Positions 51,098 through 63,608 of a DNA stretch of 64,000 nucleotides are shown one piece after another; the first letter of the stretch is position 1; each line of letters opens with the position of its first letter. The notes under the pieces were generated by a model, which saw nothing but the letters and a program-made list of their open reading frames with translations, did no database searches and was not told where the DNA came from. This stretch comes from Nemertoderma westbladi. Lineage: Eukaryota > Animalia > Xenacoelomorpha. The stretch is taken from contig JAUCBJ010001431.1 of assembly GCA_032718475.1 (NCBI GenBank), forward strand, positions 1 through 64,000. The letters are read 5' to 3'. The translations under genes were made by a program, and so were the position numbers.

Positions 51098-54000
51098 ATG
51101 AGCGACGTAACGCCAACGCGGACCCTGGACGAAGAACTAACGATCCGCGAGGCCGCGACCAGACAGTATAGGCCCACGACGCCAGACCCATCAGTAACGG
51201 GTCATCCGGCAGTTCAGGATGAAGGGGGCCATCTGGAGCCAGACGCCGAGTCGAGAGGAGCGGGAGTCGAGTTGAGAGAAGGAGAGGGCGAGTTGGAAGG
51301 AGAGAAAGACGAGTCGACACACGACGACGGTCGACGCGCCGATGTCGCCGGCCAGCCACAGGCCGGGGGCGACGGACGGCCCACCGGAACGGCGACGGTG
51401 GGGCCGCGGGTACGACGTCGGACCCGGAGAGATGGAGGAGAGGTCGGCGACGAGGACGTCGGGGTTTCTGATCGACTTCGACGGGCCTACAACGCGACCC
51501 GGAAGCTACTTAAGGAGGCCAAGGAGGGGGCGAGGATAGACGAGGTAAAGTTGACAACAGGACTAGGTGAGTCGGATAAACATTTTAGTTATCTAATGCG
51601 CTTCGGGCAGAGGGAACTGGCCAAGGAGAGAGCGAGAGGGGTTGCCGAGGAACTGTGTGACTTATGGCGGTGTAAGGGTATGCAACCTAGCGTAGTGTAC
51701 ATAGGGCCATACTTAGTCGATGCCCGAGGAATAAAATTAGTGGGTTGGAGAAGACATGAGGAGGGCGAACCCGAGGTTAACCCCGAGGATTCGGTCTCGT
51801 CGGTCGGAGGAAGTTCTGGGAGGAGGGGGAAAGTTAGTAGATCGGGAAGGCGGAGGGAATCCGTCACAACCGACAAGTCTGCTACATCCTCCGTAAAAGA
51901 AAGACGGGTGTGAGAGATAAATGCGACGTACCATCTCGATCTGATAGCGCAAGGTCAGAGAGAAGTAAAGAGACGGTTAGAGGAGGGGAGAATGCTACTA
52001 GAGAAGGAAATGAAACTGATTAGAGAAACCGGAGAGAGGGCCGAAAGGGCCGCGAAAAGCTTTAGGGAGTGTGAGGAAATAGGGAGGAAGGAACAAGAGG
52101 AGCGTGAGGCGAGAGAGCAGAGTGAACGCAAGGAGCGTGAGGCGAGAGAGGAAAATGAACGCAAAGAGCGTGAGGCGGAACGCAAGGAACGTGAGGCGAG
52201 GGAGAAAAGTGAACGCAAAGAGCGTGAGGCGAGGGAGGAAAGTGAACGCAAAGAGCGTGAGGCGAGACGAAGGGAGGGAGCTAGGAGAGAGGCGGAATTG
52301 GCCGACCAGAACGCACGGGAGGGTCGGGAGAGAATGGCAAGAGAGGAGCGTGAGCGAAAAGAATTGGAAAGACGCCTAAGCGAGCTTATAGAGTACGAAA
52401 CTAGACACACGCGCGAACTGGAACTGGCGCGGATAGGGGTGTCAGAGAGCGGGGCTGACTCGAATGTTTTCGAGGAGCCAAGGGCCGTGGATACATTTAT
52501 TAATACCCCACTTACAGGGACCGCATGACAGACCCGAAACTGGTGTGACCGTACGGGCGGGGGGGGGGGGGGGGGGTAATAATAATACTACAGTAGACGA
52601 CGTTAATATTAATAGTACCGTATTGGATAATCCTAACCAAGCCTTTATTGCAGGAAATACTTTACCTAGTAGTAGTAATTTAAATTTAAATACAAATAAT
52701 CTAAATAATAATTTCAATTTAAACGTGCAAAATAACCCGAATAGTAATTTAAATTTAGAAAATAATAATAACTCAAATAATTTAAATAATGATCCAAACC
52801 CGAATTTACAAAATAATTCAAATAGTGTAGTCGCGCAAAATAATTCAAATGATTTTATTTCGAACGAACAAAATAATTCCGTTTCTAATATGGGTGCTAT
52901 TAACGTGAACGCGTCGGACGTGTATAACCCGACAGACGGCGGCCTGGTAGGCCACGTAGTTGGTAGGCAGGGGGTGCCGGGGTTGAGTCGACCCGACGGC
53001 GGCCTGGTAGGCCACGTAGTTAGTAGGCAGGGGGTGGCGGGGTTGAGTCAACCCGAGGGGGGCCTGGTAGGCCAGGTGGCAGTAGAGAGAGAAGCGGGGG
53101 TGAATAGACCTAGCCGCAGTGGAAACATTGTGTCGACTGGAGAGGGGTGTAGAAGTGAAGTAAGAGGTAGCGGCGTGATATGTGGCGAAAGGGGGGGGGG
53201 GGGCTACAAGAGCCCCACAGCGAGAAGTTAGTGGCGAGAGGGGGGGGGCAGAGAGTGTCCCACAGGCGTCGGCGGATAATGCGCGGGCCGAATCAGGTAA
53301 ACCGCAACACCCGGCGACGGAGAGTAATAGGGGGATTGCGAGTATCCCCAGCGGCGTGCGATCGAGCAGAGAGAGGCAGGTTGACGTCGCGAGAGGGCGG
53401 ACGAAGCGTCGAGCCCGATCAGAAGAGGGAAGAAGAACAGTGGAGTTTAACCGGGAGGTCGATGAGAGATCTCACGAGCGGGAATACTGCACTGGAGAGA
53501 GAAGAAGAGAAGAGAAGTAGGGGAAGTGTCGCCGCGAACGACGGGAGAGCGAGAACGGATAGCGAGCCGTCGGTAGTAGAGATGGAGATGGAGAGTCAGC
53601 AGGGTCGAACCTCGGGAGATTGCCGTCGCCCCGGAGGAACGCGACCTGACGAGGCGTATTGCGCGCAGAGAGAGGGGTACGGGATGTACCGGCACGAGAG
53701 CGAGAGTAGTAGAGGGGGTCGAAGAGAAACTTTCCGACGGGAAATACCTACCGATCGAGAATACGGTAGCCGCGGGGAGGATTATTCGAGAAGAATAAAC
53801 TTCGATCCCGAGCGACACATACAGACTGTAGGACGTACTGTAGGCCTTACTGCACATACTATAGGCCATGCTGACAGGAATAATGTAGGCGATAGGATAG
53901 CGCGGTCGACGGGATTAAACCCGGAAGTCGCGGAGTACATACCGGCAGGTAGGCCAGAAGCTGATAGGCCTATACCGGTACCAGCACAGCAGTATGACTA

Positions 54001-57000
54001 CAGCATGCAGGGACATAACATATACCCAGGGGAGGGGGGAATTATTGCGGATAGGTGCATGGGCCCCAATATATTAACATCAACCCCAGTACCAAACATA
54101 CCGGTGGGGGGGGGGGGGGGCAGGGTGACATTCCCCCATCACAATATCAACAATATACCCCAATAGGAGCAAGAACAACGAACCCCTTGGATGGAAATAG
54201 GTCATGCGACACAGAAATATGGAGGGGGCCGCTACCCCCAATGATATACCCAAGCCAGAGGAAGGCAGGAAATAGGTCGGACGGACCGCACCTAACAGGA
54301 GAAACTATACAACATCCATCGAACCCATTGGAAGCGCAGGCGATGGGGATGGCCACGTTGATCGATGCGTTAAAAACTAGGATCGAGTTACCACCCGTGG
54401 AACCGTTTAAATTCGATGGGAGTAGGCCGGAAGAATACCTACAGTTTCGGCGCATGTATAGTAACGAAATACTGACAAAGAACTTGACGCAGGCGGAGTG
54501 CCTAAAATATCTGCAAGTATATACAGGAGGCCCAGCATACGACATCGTGAGGCAATACCAGGGCATAGAGGGCGGCTTCACGACGGCATGGTGGGCACTG
54601 GACAGGGAATACGGGCACCCGGCCAAGATCATCCGGCAAACCCTGAGGGGCATAACATCGGGTGGCCTACAGGATAATCCCGTTAGCATAAAGACATTCG
54701 CTAACAAAGTCGAGAAGGCGCTAATCGTGCTAAAGACGCTAGACGCGCCATACGAACTTAACGCGTCCAACAACATCACCACGATAGCGCAGGCACTACC
54801 GATGTGGCTGCGCAACAAGTGGAGGAAGATCGCTTTCTCCACTCGAGATAGGAAGGGTGCGGAACCGGGTCTAGAAGAAATGTCGAGCTTCTTAAACTAC
54901 GAAGCTGAATTAATAACCGACCCAGTCTATAGCGAGGATAGCCTGGGAAAGGGACCGAGAACAGATTACCATAGACCGAAGCCGGAACACAACACGTCAA
55001 ACGCATTGCCGAAGCTCAGGCAATCACTGCCATACGCAGCGACGCAGGGGACTGCTAGTCCACAGGTAGCCGGGGGTAAGACCACATCATGGAGCGGACA
55101 GGGGAGGGATAACAACACAAATAAATATAACCCCAGTACGCCCAGTAGGCCGAACCCAAACAATAAAAACAGTAGGGACTTTGGTACAAATACAGCTGCG
55201 ATACGCGATGCACTGTACAAGGACGGCTACGACCCAAAGAGCAAATGCCAGCTACATACAAATGCGCATCATCGAACCATGAACTGTAGCTACTGGCAAG
55301 CGCTACCCAGGGAAGATCAGGTAGAGTATGCGGCAAAAAACGAGATCTGCTCGCGATGTGTAATGGGTGGACATAGAGCTAGACAATGCAAGGAGACTCC
55401 AATTAAGTTCGGTCAAAGCAAAGGCCAAACGATGGCAACGAGCACAGTAGGGGCGAAGAAGAGAGAAACAGTGCTACTTGGGGTAGTACCAGTGCGAGTG
55501 ATTGGGGAAGGCAATCGATCAGTGACCACATTGATGCTGGTCGATAGTGGAGCTGCCTTCACGTTAGTTGAAAATTGCGTGGCCGAAGAGATAGGATTGA
55601 GAACGAGGCCAAGTAGAATGGCGGTAACAACAATCTCCAGCAAAGACGAGATCCTGGAGATGAAGACCGGATGGTGCGCTAAAGCAGCAATAGCACCGGG
55701 ATGTAACTATGGGGCGAGCATCAACCCCATCCAGATGATAGAGTCGATAAACATCAACGCCAGGCGACCAACCAACATCGAGGTCGAGCAATATAAATTC
55801 CTGGACAGTATCGCTTTCTCAATCCCAGAGGTGGACGTTAGGAAAGTATCCATCATAGTAGGAATGGACTGCCCGATGGCCCACGAGAGAATGCAAACGA
55901 TCTTCGGCAAAGACAGGCAGTGTGACCCAGTGGCGATATTAACACCATTCAGGTGGACGCTGAGCGGCCCAATTAAGAGTAAGATACCATTTAGGATGTC
56001 GGAGACATCAGGATGCATGTTCGCGGGAACTATGCAAGAAATAGGGGATGAGAGAGCGGAGGAACAGCTCAAAAGACTGCTCAGGCAAGATGTTGAGGAA
56101 CTAAAGGAAACCGGGGTCGGAACCTCGGTGGAAGACAAACAGGCTCAGCAGAGCGTAGAGGAATCTATGAGATGCGATGAGGGGCGATATACCATAGGAA
56201 TGGTATGGAAGCTACCAAAGCTACCATTGCCCGATAATAAAGCAATGGTTCTCACGAGGCTTCGTAAGTTAAAACAGACGTTAAAACGGAGCCCCGAAAA
56301 GAATGAGTACATTCACAAAACGATCAGAAAGTACGTCGAGAAGGGATGGGCCATGGAGTTACCGGTCGACGAACCAAACACGGACAGGACATATTACCTG
56401 CCACTCCACGTGGCTTTAGATCCGAAGAAAGGTAAACTGCGGATGGTAGTTGACGCATGGGACAAAACCAACGGAAAATGCCTAAACGACTATCAACTGG
56501 AGGGTCCCAATATCTACAACTCGGGGATCGAGGTCCTACTTAGATTCAGGAATGGGAAACACGCCTTCACCTGTGATATAGAAGGCATGTTCAACCAAGT
56601 CCGTGTGACGGAAGAGGATAGCAACAGTCAACGCTTCTTGTGGTACGACGGCGACGTGGAACCGTCGACAATACTGATGTACAAGATGATAGTACAGAAT
56701 ATGGGAGCCAAGTCATCTTCATTTACGACGACTATGGCCGTAAGAGACACAGTAAAGGGAAAGGAAGATAAGTACAGCACTAGAGCCGTCGATATGATTC
56801 GACGCGGCTTCTACGTAGACGACGGGATGGAGTCTGGAAATATGGTTGAGGAGCTACTGGACACAGGGCGCGAGGTTCGCGACATCCTTAAAGGATCCGG
56901 CTTCAACCTGACCAAATTCCAATCCAGTTCGAGGGAATTTATCGAGGCGATAAAAGATGAGAGACCAGGATCGACCATGGATAATCCCACAACAGCCAAG

Positions 57001-59062
57001 GGGCAGGACATGGCGAACAAGAGAATAGAGTCTCAACAGAAGGCACTGGGAATCGTGTGGGACAGAGAGACGGATGAACTGAAATACCAGTTGAGTCAGG
57101 AGGGCGCAGATATCCACACAAAGAGGGGCTATGTGTCGTACATAGCAAGGATAAACGATCCCCTAGGCCTAGCATCCCCACTACTAGTCACGGGGAAACA
57201 GATACTCAAGAAAGTATACAAGTTAAAGGATGAGTGGGACGCAGAGGTCCCAGAAGAAATCAGAAAGCAGTGGCATAAGTGGACAGAGAGCCTGGAGCAG
57301 ATGGGAACATACAGCATACCAAGAGTGTATTTCCCGGATGGGAACATGACGAATCTGGACTTACACATGTTCTCCGATGCGTCATTGGAGGCATACGGAG
57401 CAGCACTCTATTTAGTACAATGAGAGGGGGCTCACAAGCCCAGACTGGCCTTTAGCAAAGCGAAGTCAACGCCGCCAGATTCAGCATCAGTTCCCAAACT
57501 AAAATTGACAGCTGCGAGACTAGGAGTTAGGGCTACAGCCTACCTAGTGGATACTATTCCCAACATAGTGGAGACACACTACTGGACGGATTCCATGGTA
57601 GTGCTTGGTTGGCTACATAACGAAAGGACGAGATACCCTATATTCGTCGCGAATAGGGTGGACGAAATAAGGGCGACCACAGAATTGGAAAGGTGGCACT
57701 ACTGCCCAATGGACGAGAACCCAGCGGACTTGTTATCGAAGGGCGTGGTATGCCACACTTTCTTGAAGAAGGAAGTATTGTGGCAACACGGGCCACAGTT
57801 TCTGAGCGATAGGGAGGCCTGGCCACCGATGAGAAAGGTGGACCCGGGCTCAGGAGAAGTAGTGTTAGAAGGAGAAGGGGGAGATTCAGAGGGAGAAGAG
57901 ATATACTCCCAGATGGTGAGGGAGATTAGGGACGTGCAACCAAAACCAGGAGAACTGTGCGATAACCCGACGGATAAACTCCTTAGCTACAGTTCTAGTT
58001 GGTACAAGACCAAGAAATTAGTGGCGTACTGGAGAGCCTTCGGGAATTTCCTCAGGGGAGTTGGCAAAGACGTGAAGATTAGAATGGCAATAGATCTGGA
58101 AGGAGTGGCTAAAGCAGTCATCCGCTATGAGCAGAGGAAGAACTACGGCGACGAGGTGGAATGCGTCGGTAAACAACAGCATCTCCGACGGGACAGCGAG
58201 TTGATCACGCTGTCACCACAACTTAATGACGACGGGATCCTAGTAATGAACTCTAGGGTGGGATACAACAATAGTATCGTTGTTCCACCGAAGCCCATCA
58301 TCATCCCCACAGGATCGCCGATAGTCCACCAGATTATATGGGACTCCCACAAATCGACATTGCACGGGGGCACCAACCGAACCCTCACGGAGATAAGGAG
58401 GACCTTTTGGGTCAAACAATTGAGGAAGAAGGTGAAGGCGGTAGTGGGGCAGTGCCAGACCTGCCGACGAGCGAAGAAGGAGCGAGCCATACAGGAGATG
58501 GCACCACTACCGGCGAGTAGGGTAAGACAGCACAACCCGCCATTTACACATTGTGGTGTGGACATGTTCGGGCCGATAAAGATTAAGGTGATGCGGCACA
58601 CGGAGAAACGCTATGGTATTATCTTCGTATGTAATAACACGCGGGCGGTAGGGATAGAACTCGCTCAGGCCGAGCCATTTCTTAATGGAAAGGCCAGCGA
58701 CTATCGATATGCGGGGTGTAGACCCAGATGACATACACTCCCGCCAGAGTTGGAAAGTCTCTAAGGCGATAAGCGCAGAGTATTGGAGGAGGTGGGTTGA
58801 GGAATACCTACCCACGCTTCACAAAAGAAGCAAGTGGAGGAAGACGAACAGGGAGTTAAGAGAGGGAGATCTCGTGATCGTCACGGATGATACTATCATC
58901 AACAACCAGTGGCGGTTGGTGAGAGTTGTAGGCACTTACTCCGATGAGGACGGAAGAGTCCGATCGGTAGAAGTGCGGATAGGTGGCAAGATTGGTGCGA
59001 AAGACAGAAAAACCTACAGGAGGGCTGTAGGGAAATGCTGTCTATTAGAAGGGGCACCTTAG
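51098..59062 (+). pseudogene. Bel-C gag-pol polyprotein (interrupted)
   Basis: EREARE coiled coil, Asn-rich tract, LPPVEPFKFDG, knuckles, LVDSGA, YYLPLH, CDIEGMF, FYVDD, FSDAS and GVDMFGP. In-frame TGA stops, shifts at G-runs and an integrase core deletion near 58665. Confidence 0.93.
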
Positions 59063-59239
59063 AATAGAGAGAGAGGTGTTTAGTCGTCCAAGTTTTGGAC
59101 TGAGGGGGGTGGGATTGAGGGCGAGACGCCCTTCCCACACAAAAAAAAAATAAAATAAAAAAAATAATAAATATAAATAATAGGTACGCAGTAAGTAGGC
59201 AGATAGATGTTAGTTAGTTGAGTTAGATAGAGGTTAGTA

Positions 59240-59845
59240 AGAGGGTACGTAGTACCGTCAGTTAGTTAAGTGGAGTTAGAGGGTACGTAGTACCGTCAGT
59301 TAGTTAAGTGGAGTTAGAGTAGTAAGAGGGTACGTAGTACCGTTAGTTAGTTAGTGAAGTTAGAGGTTAGTAAGAGGGTACGTAGTACCGTTAGTTAGAT
59401 AGAGGTTAGTAAGAGGGTACGTAGTAGAGTCAGTTAGTTAAGTGGAGTTAGAGGGTACGTAGTACCGTCAGTTAGTTAAGTGGAGTTAGAGTAGTAAGAG
59501 GGTACCTAGTACCGTTAGTTAGTTAGTGAAGTCAGAGGTTAGTAAGAGGGTACGTAGTACCGTTAGTTAGAGAGAGTAAGAGTAAGAGGGTACGTAGTAC
59601 CGTCAGTTAGTAAGAGTTAGAGGGTACGTAGTACCGTTAGTTAGTTAGAGAGAGTAAGAGTTAGAGGGTACGTAGTACCGTTAGTTAGAGAGAGTAAGAG
59701 TTAGAGGGTACGTAGTACCGTTAGTTAGAGAGAGTAAGAGTAAGAGGGTACGTAGTACCGTCAGTTAGTAAGAGTTAGAGGGTACGTAGTACCGCTAGTT
59801 AGTTAGAGAGAGTTAGAAGTTAGTAAGAAAGTACGTAGTACTAGT
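59240..59845 (+). repeat. Array of ~15 GAGGGTACGTAGTACCG mini-hairpin units with variable GTTA/GAGA spacers
   Basis: Counted directly from the sequence. Confidence 0.92.
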
Positions 59846-60342
59846 TAGTAAGAGATAGAGGTAGAAGGGTATATATAGTATAGATATTAGTCAGTAGTTA
59901 GTAGCGAGAGGGGGGCATATGAGTACAGCTGGATAAATCGTGTAGGCCGCGCAACGCATACTGTTGTACTGCACAACCCCACAGAGTAGGCCAGAATGTG
60001 GATTAGAAAATAGAATAATCCATAGGCAATAGTAAGTAGTAGGACAGTAGAGTTAAAATTAAGTTAAAATAAAATAAGAATAGGGCTGAAAGAAAAAATT
60101 AACAAATTATGGTAACAGTAGGAAAGAAATTCTGGAATACAATAAAAGTAACTGACAAATTCGTAATTTAGGTACAATTTGGTAGCTACAGAAATAAAGC
60201 AGTGTAAAATAGGCAATAACTCAGAAATTCAGAGAGAGATAGGCCATTATCGGACCATACAGACCATCCTAGCTACATCACTCACATATACTGTGCCTTG
60301 GTAAGGCACCACCTTATAGGTGAGCGATTGGGAGAGTTCGAA

Positions 60343-62906
60343 ATGGCGGGGAAACTGATCAGGAAGAGAAAGACGGAGTCAGGAGGAAAGGAGATACTAG
60401 TGGATTTCACCAAGAGGCATCCGGAAGAGAGGACGAGGGGATACTATGACCGGTTAGGAAAGGGTCACGCAGCACGAGCGCTACAGGACCACTTCAGGGA
60501 GATGCATGAACAGCGGCTGGTCGGGACCTACGGGACGCCGTCGCTGGACAACGCGATCTTCGAGCATTTCCACTACGTGGTGAAAGGAGACGAGGCAAAG
60601 TTCGGGATTCCGAAGTACGCGAGAGAGTCACCGAGGAAAGATTGGAAGAGGTTCATAGAGTCCATCAACAGGGGAGGATACATGATCCTAGACAATGAAG
60701 GGACCGTGGAAGACGAGGAGGGTTCAAGGAGAGGATCGGCAGGATCGGCCAGGACCATACTCCTACATTTGGCCGCGCCAAATGGGGACATTTTCCTATT
60801 TGACCTGGGAACATATGGGAAGAAGGATTGGCCGAAGTTGGACCGGCTGCCGAGGGCGGTGCAGGTCCTAGTGAGGGAGAAGTCGACGACGAAAGTGGGA
60901 TCGGCGATTCGCGAGGACGCGGAGAGAATCATCGGTCCGGACGCCATCAACCTCCTGGATATGCAGAAGGTCTTCATGGCTATGACAGCACCAGATGGGT
61001 TGGGACTAGTCGGGAACACAGGCCAATGCAGAGCGGTGGCAATGGGCCAGCTATTGGGGCTCGTATGTCACAAACCGATGGACTGGGGGAAGTTCAGGGA
61101 GGAATACGGAGCATAACTAGCGAACTCGCTAAAGTGGAGAGCGAGGCCGGGAAAGCAAGAGGTGTATCAATTCCGCAGAGGAGCGATAAAGGTATATCAG
61201 AAGCGATATATCCTGCAGGAAGATTGGATAATGATAAGTTTGCTTAACTTATTCATGACCGTGGTTATCGAGAGGGAACCAGCGGCATTTCTGTTATCGG
61301 GATCACCCCTAAGCTACAGAAGAGCCTTTAAGACGGCTTTCGACGGTCTGGTAGACCACCTGGGGCTGAAGGGCGAGTCAGTGTACTACAACAGCCAACA
61401 TCTGGTAGACGGGGAGATAGATACGCCGTATCAGAGATGGGAGGAGCTAGAGACGGATAGACGAGAGGCGAAGCGACTGGAAGAAGTCGCTAGACGGGAG
61501 AGGATAGAAGCAGAGGAGAGGGAGGAGGAGGCCAGGACGCAGAGTTACGGCTTCGAGGAACAGGCGGGCTTAGACGAACTTCGTTGGGCTTCATCAGGGA
61601 GTTCGGGGAGTCTCTAGGGCGAGAACTGGGATGGACGGTGGGATTGCCGAAACAGTCGACGTCGGGGTTGCAAGCGATGCCCATACCAGCGGGCGCCGGG
61701 GGCGACCAACCGCTAAGGAAGTTAGGGGAGCTAGAGGGATGGAGAGCTACGGGCGAGAGCCAAGGCGGGAAGGGACATAGTGGGTCCATCGGGATACCGG
61801 GGTTGGAACCACTGCCAGAGGAGGACGAAGACGACGACGAGTTCGGAGAGATGCCGCCCATCGGGAGGATAGGCCACTCGGACACGGACTGGGTTGGCGG
61901 GAGGGTGGTGACGGCCAGTGGGGCGAGGGTCTTCTGGGATCGACCCGGCAAGTGGGCCTGGGTGCACGAGGAACCGGCGATGGATTTCGCGGGGAGCACT
62001 ATCAGGTTGGGCGAGCAACCAGGGACGGCACCACGAGTAGTATTAGGGGAGACGATGCCCGAGAGGGGCGAGGAAATCGACGTAGATCGGGACACTAACG
62101 TCCGGAAGTTCGCTTACCAGCGACTCCACAGACCGCGGAGATCGCTTGGGACGAGGGACGAGGTGGGGCGGGAGACGTTGGTACTCGGTTGCGATTACTG
62201 TGGGAGACAGACCCACCAGAAAAGAAGCTGTTTGTACCGGTTCCAGAAAGGGACCTTTTGTCTCTATTGCCGCGAGTCGAGCCACAGGATGGGGGCGTGT
62301 CCACGGTTGCATAACCGATGTTCGAAATGTAACTTTCGGGGACATTACGGACGCCAGTGCGACTGGATGGACGATGAAGAGAAGTTTAGGGTCTTCGAGG
62401 AATGGGCCGACGTCGGGGCGATGACTCGACAACGTATGAAGGCCCAGGAGTTCCGGTGGGGCATCTTTAACATCAATCAGGAGGCTCACATGGAGATTAT
62501 CAAACGGAGGCTTCCGTTTACCTACCAGGAAGTGGCGACGGCGGCATCATATGCCGGGGTGATAAATACGCAGAGGTATTTAGATAGGTGGACGCCACAG
62601 AACAGAGGAGAGTTTAGGGATTTCTTGGCAGAGCATGTGCCGCGGGCAATGAAGATGATCTTATGGGACGCCACCAGGGGGAGACAACAGGGCCACTCGG
62701 AGGGGCCACCCACGAAGCGATATCGGGAGCTGATAACGCCGGCACCCAAGGAGCCAACAACCGGGATCAGTAAGGAGGTGGCGGCGAGAGTCCGAAGACA
62801 GAAAACAGATCCCAAAGGAGCAGTAGTAACCAGGAAACGACCCAGGGATGAGGACGGCAAAGGGAAAGACTTGAGACGGTTCCCAAAGGGTGGTGGAACG
62901 AACTAA
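60343..62906 (+). pseudogene. Bel-C accessory ORF3: DEDDy (RNase D/WRN/EXD-like) 3'-5' exonuclease, charged linker and triple CCHC zinc knuckle
   Basis: YMILDNEG, ILLHLA...IFLFDL, LP..V..L.....KVGSAIRED, NLLDMQ and WRARP...Q.RY...ED; CDYC..H..C, CLYC..H..C and CSKC..GH..C. One in-frame TAA (61114) and one frameshift (~61600). Confidence 0.8.
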
Positions 62907-63608
62907 GACTTCGTGTGACGTGCCTGGAAGGCACCACGCGACACGTGCAGACTCTTAAATACAAATCCAAATAGTTCAAATATTCAAATAATGTAAATAA
63001 TCGAATAAGTGCAATTTGTATGTACGTACGTAACAATCAGTAATCTAGTAATAAAATATATTCGAAGTAAGTACTATAGTCATATAACCTTTCTCAATTA
63101 GCTACTGGGACTGGGGACCAACGGACTATGATACTAGCATGGACGAGACATAGGACGACATCACGCTTCTTGAGTGCGACGGCCCAAAAGGGAGGGGTGA
63201 GACTCGTCAGGAGTGAGTGGTCAGGAAAGAGGTTGAGTTGTAGTGCAGAGAGAGTGCGGGGTATAGAGAGAGTGCGAGCGCAATTCAAGTGTGGGGGGGG
63301 AGAAGTAAGAGGCAGATTAAGGGACGAAGAGGTCCGAGAGCGTAAGAGTTGGGGTGAGAGTAGAGTAGAGTTAGAGTGGCGAAAGTGCTGGGGAAACAAA
63401 AGTCGTGTGAGAGGAGCGCACGATCGGCCCGACACGGGACGCCAGGCAAACGGGTAGCGTTATCATACCCATAGGGAGCGGCCTGGAAAGCCGGCTCCGA
63501 GAGAAAATAGTTCCACCCCACACCCGACACTAGGTCGGGATCCAGCAGAATTGTAGCGCACTTGAGGTGGATGCTATCTTCTTACCGGGAAGATAGCATG
63601 GGGGGGAG

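Noticed and set aside
52558-54120. Programmed frameshifts at G-runs in Bel-C gag
   Set aside because: The shifts fall in long G homopolymers (52558, 53191, 54105) and are more simply explained by slippage or sequencing error.
59240-59845. CRISPR-like repeat-spacer appearance
   Set aside because: Spacers are low-complexity and mutually related, there are no cas genes, and the array lies inside a eukaryotic retrotransposon.
63470-63560. Hammerhead ribozyme in the 3' structured element
   Set aside because: No CUGANGA core is present; only a GAAA-like segment occurs.
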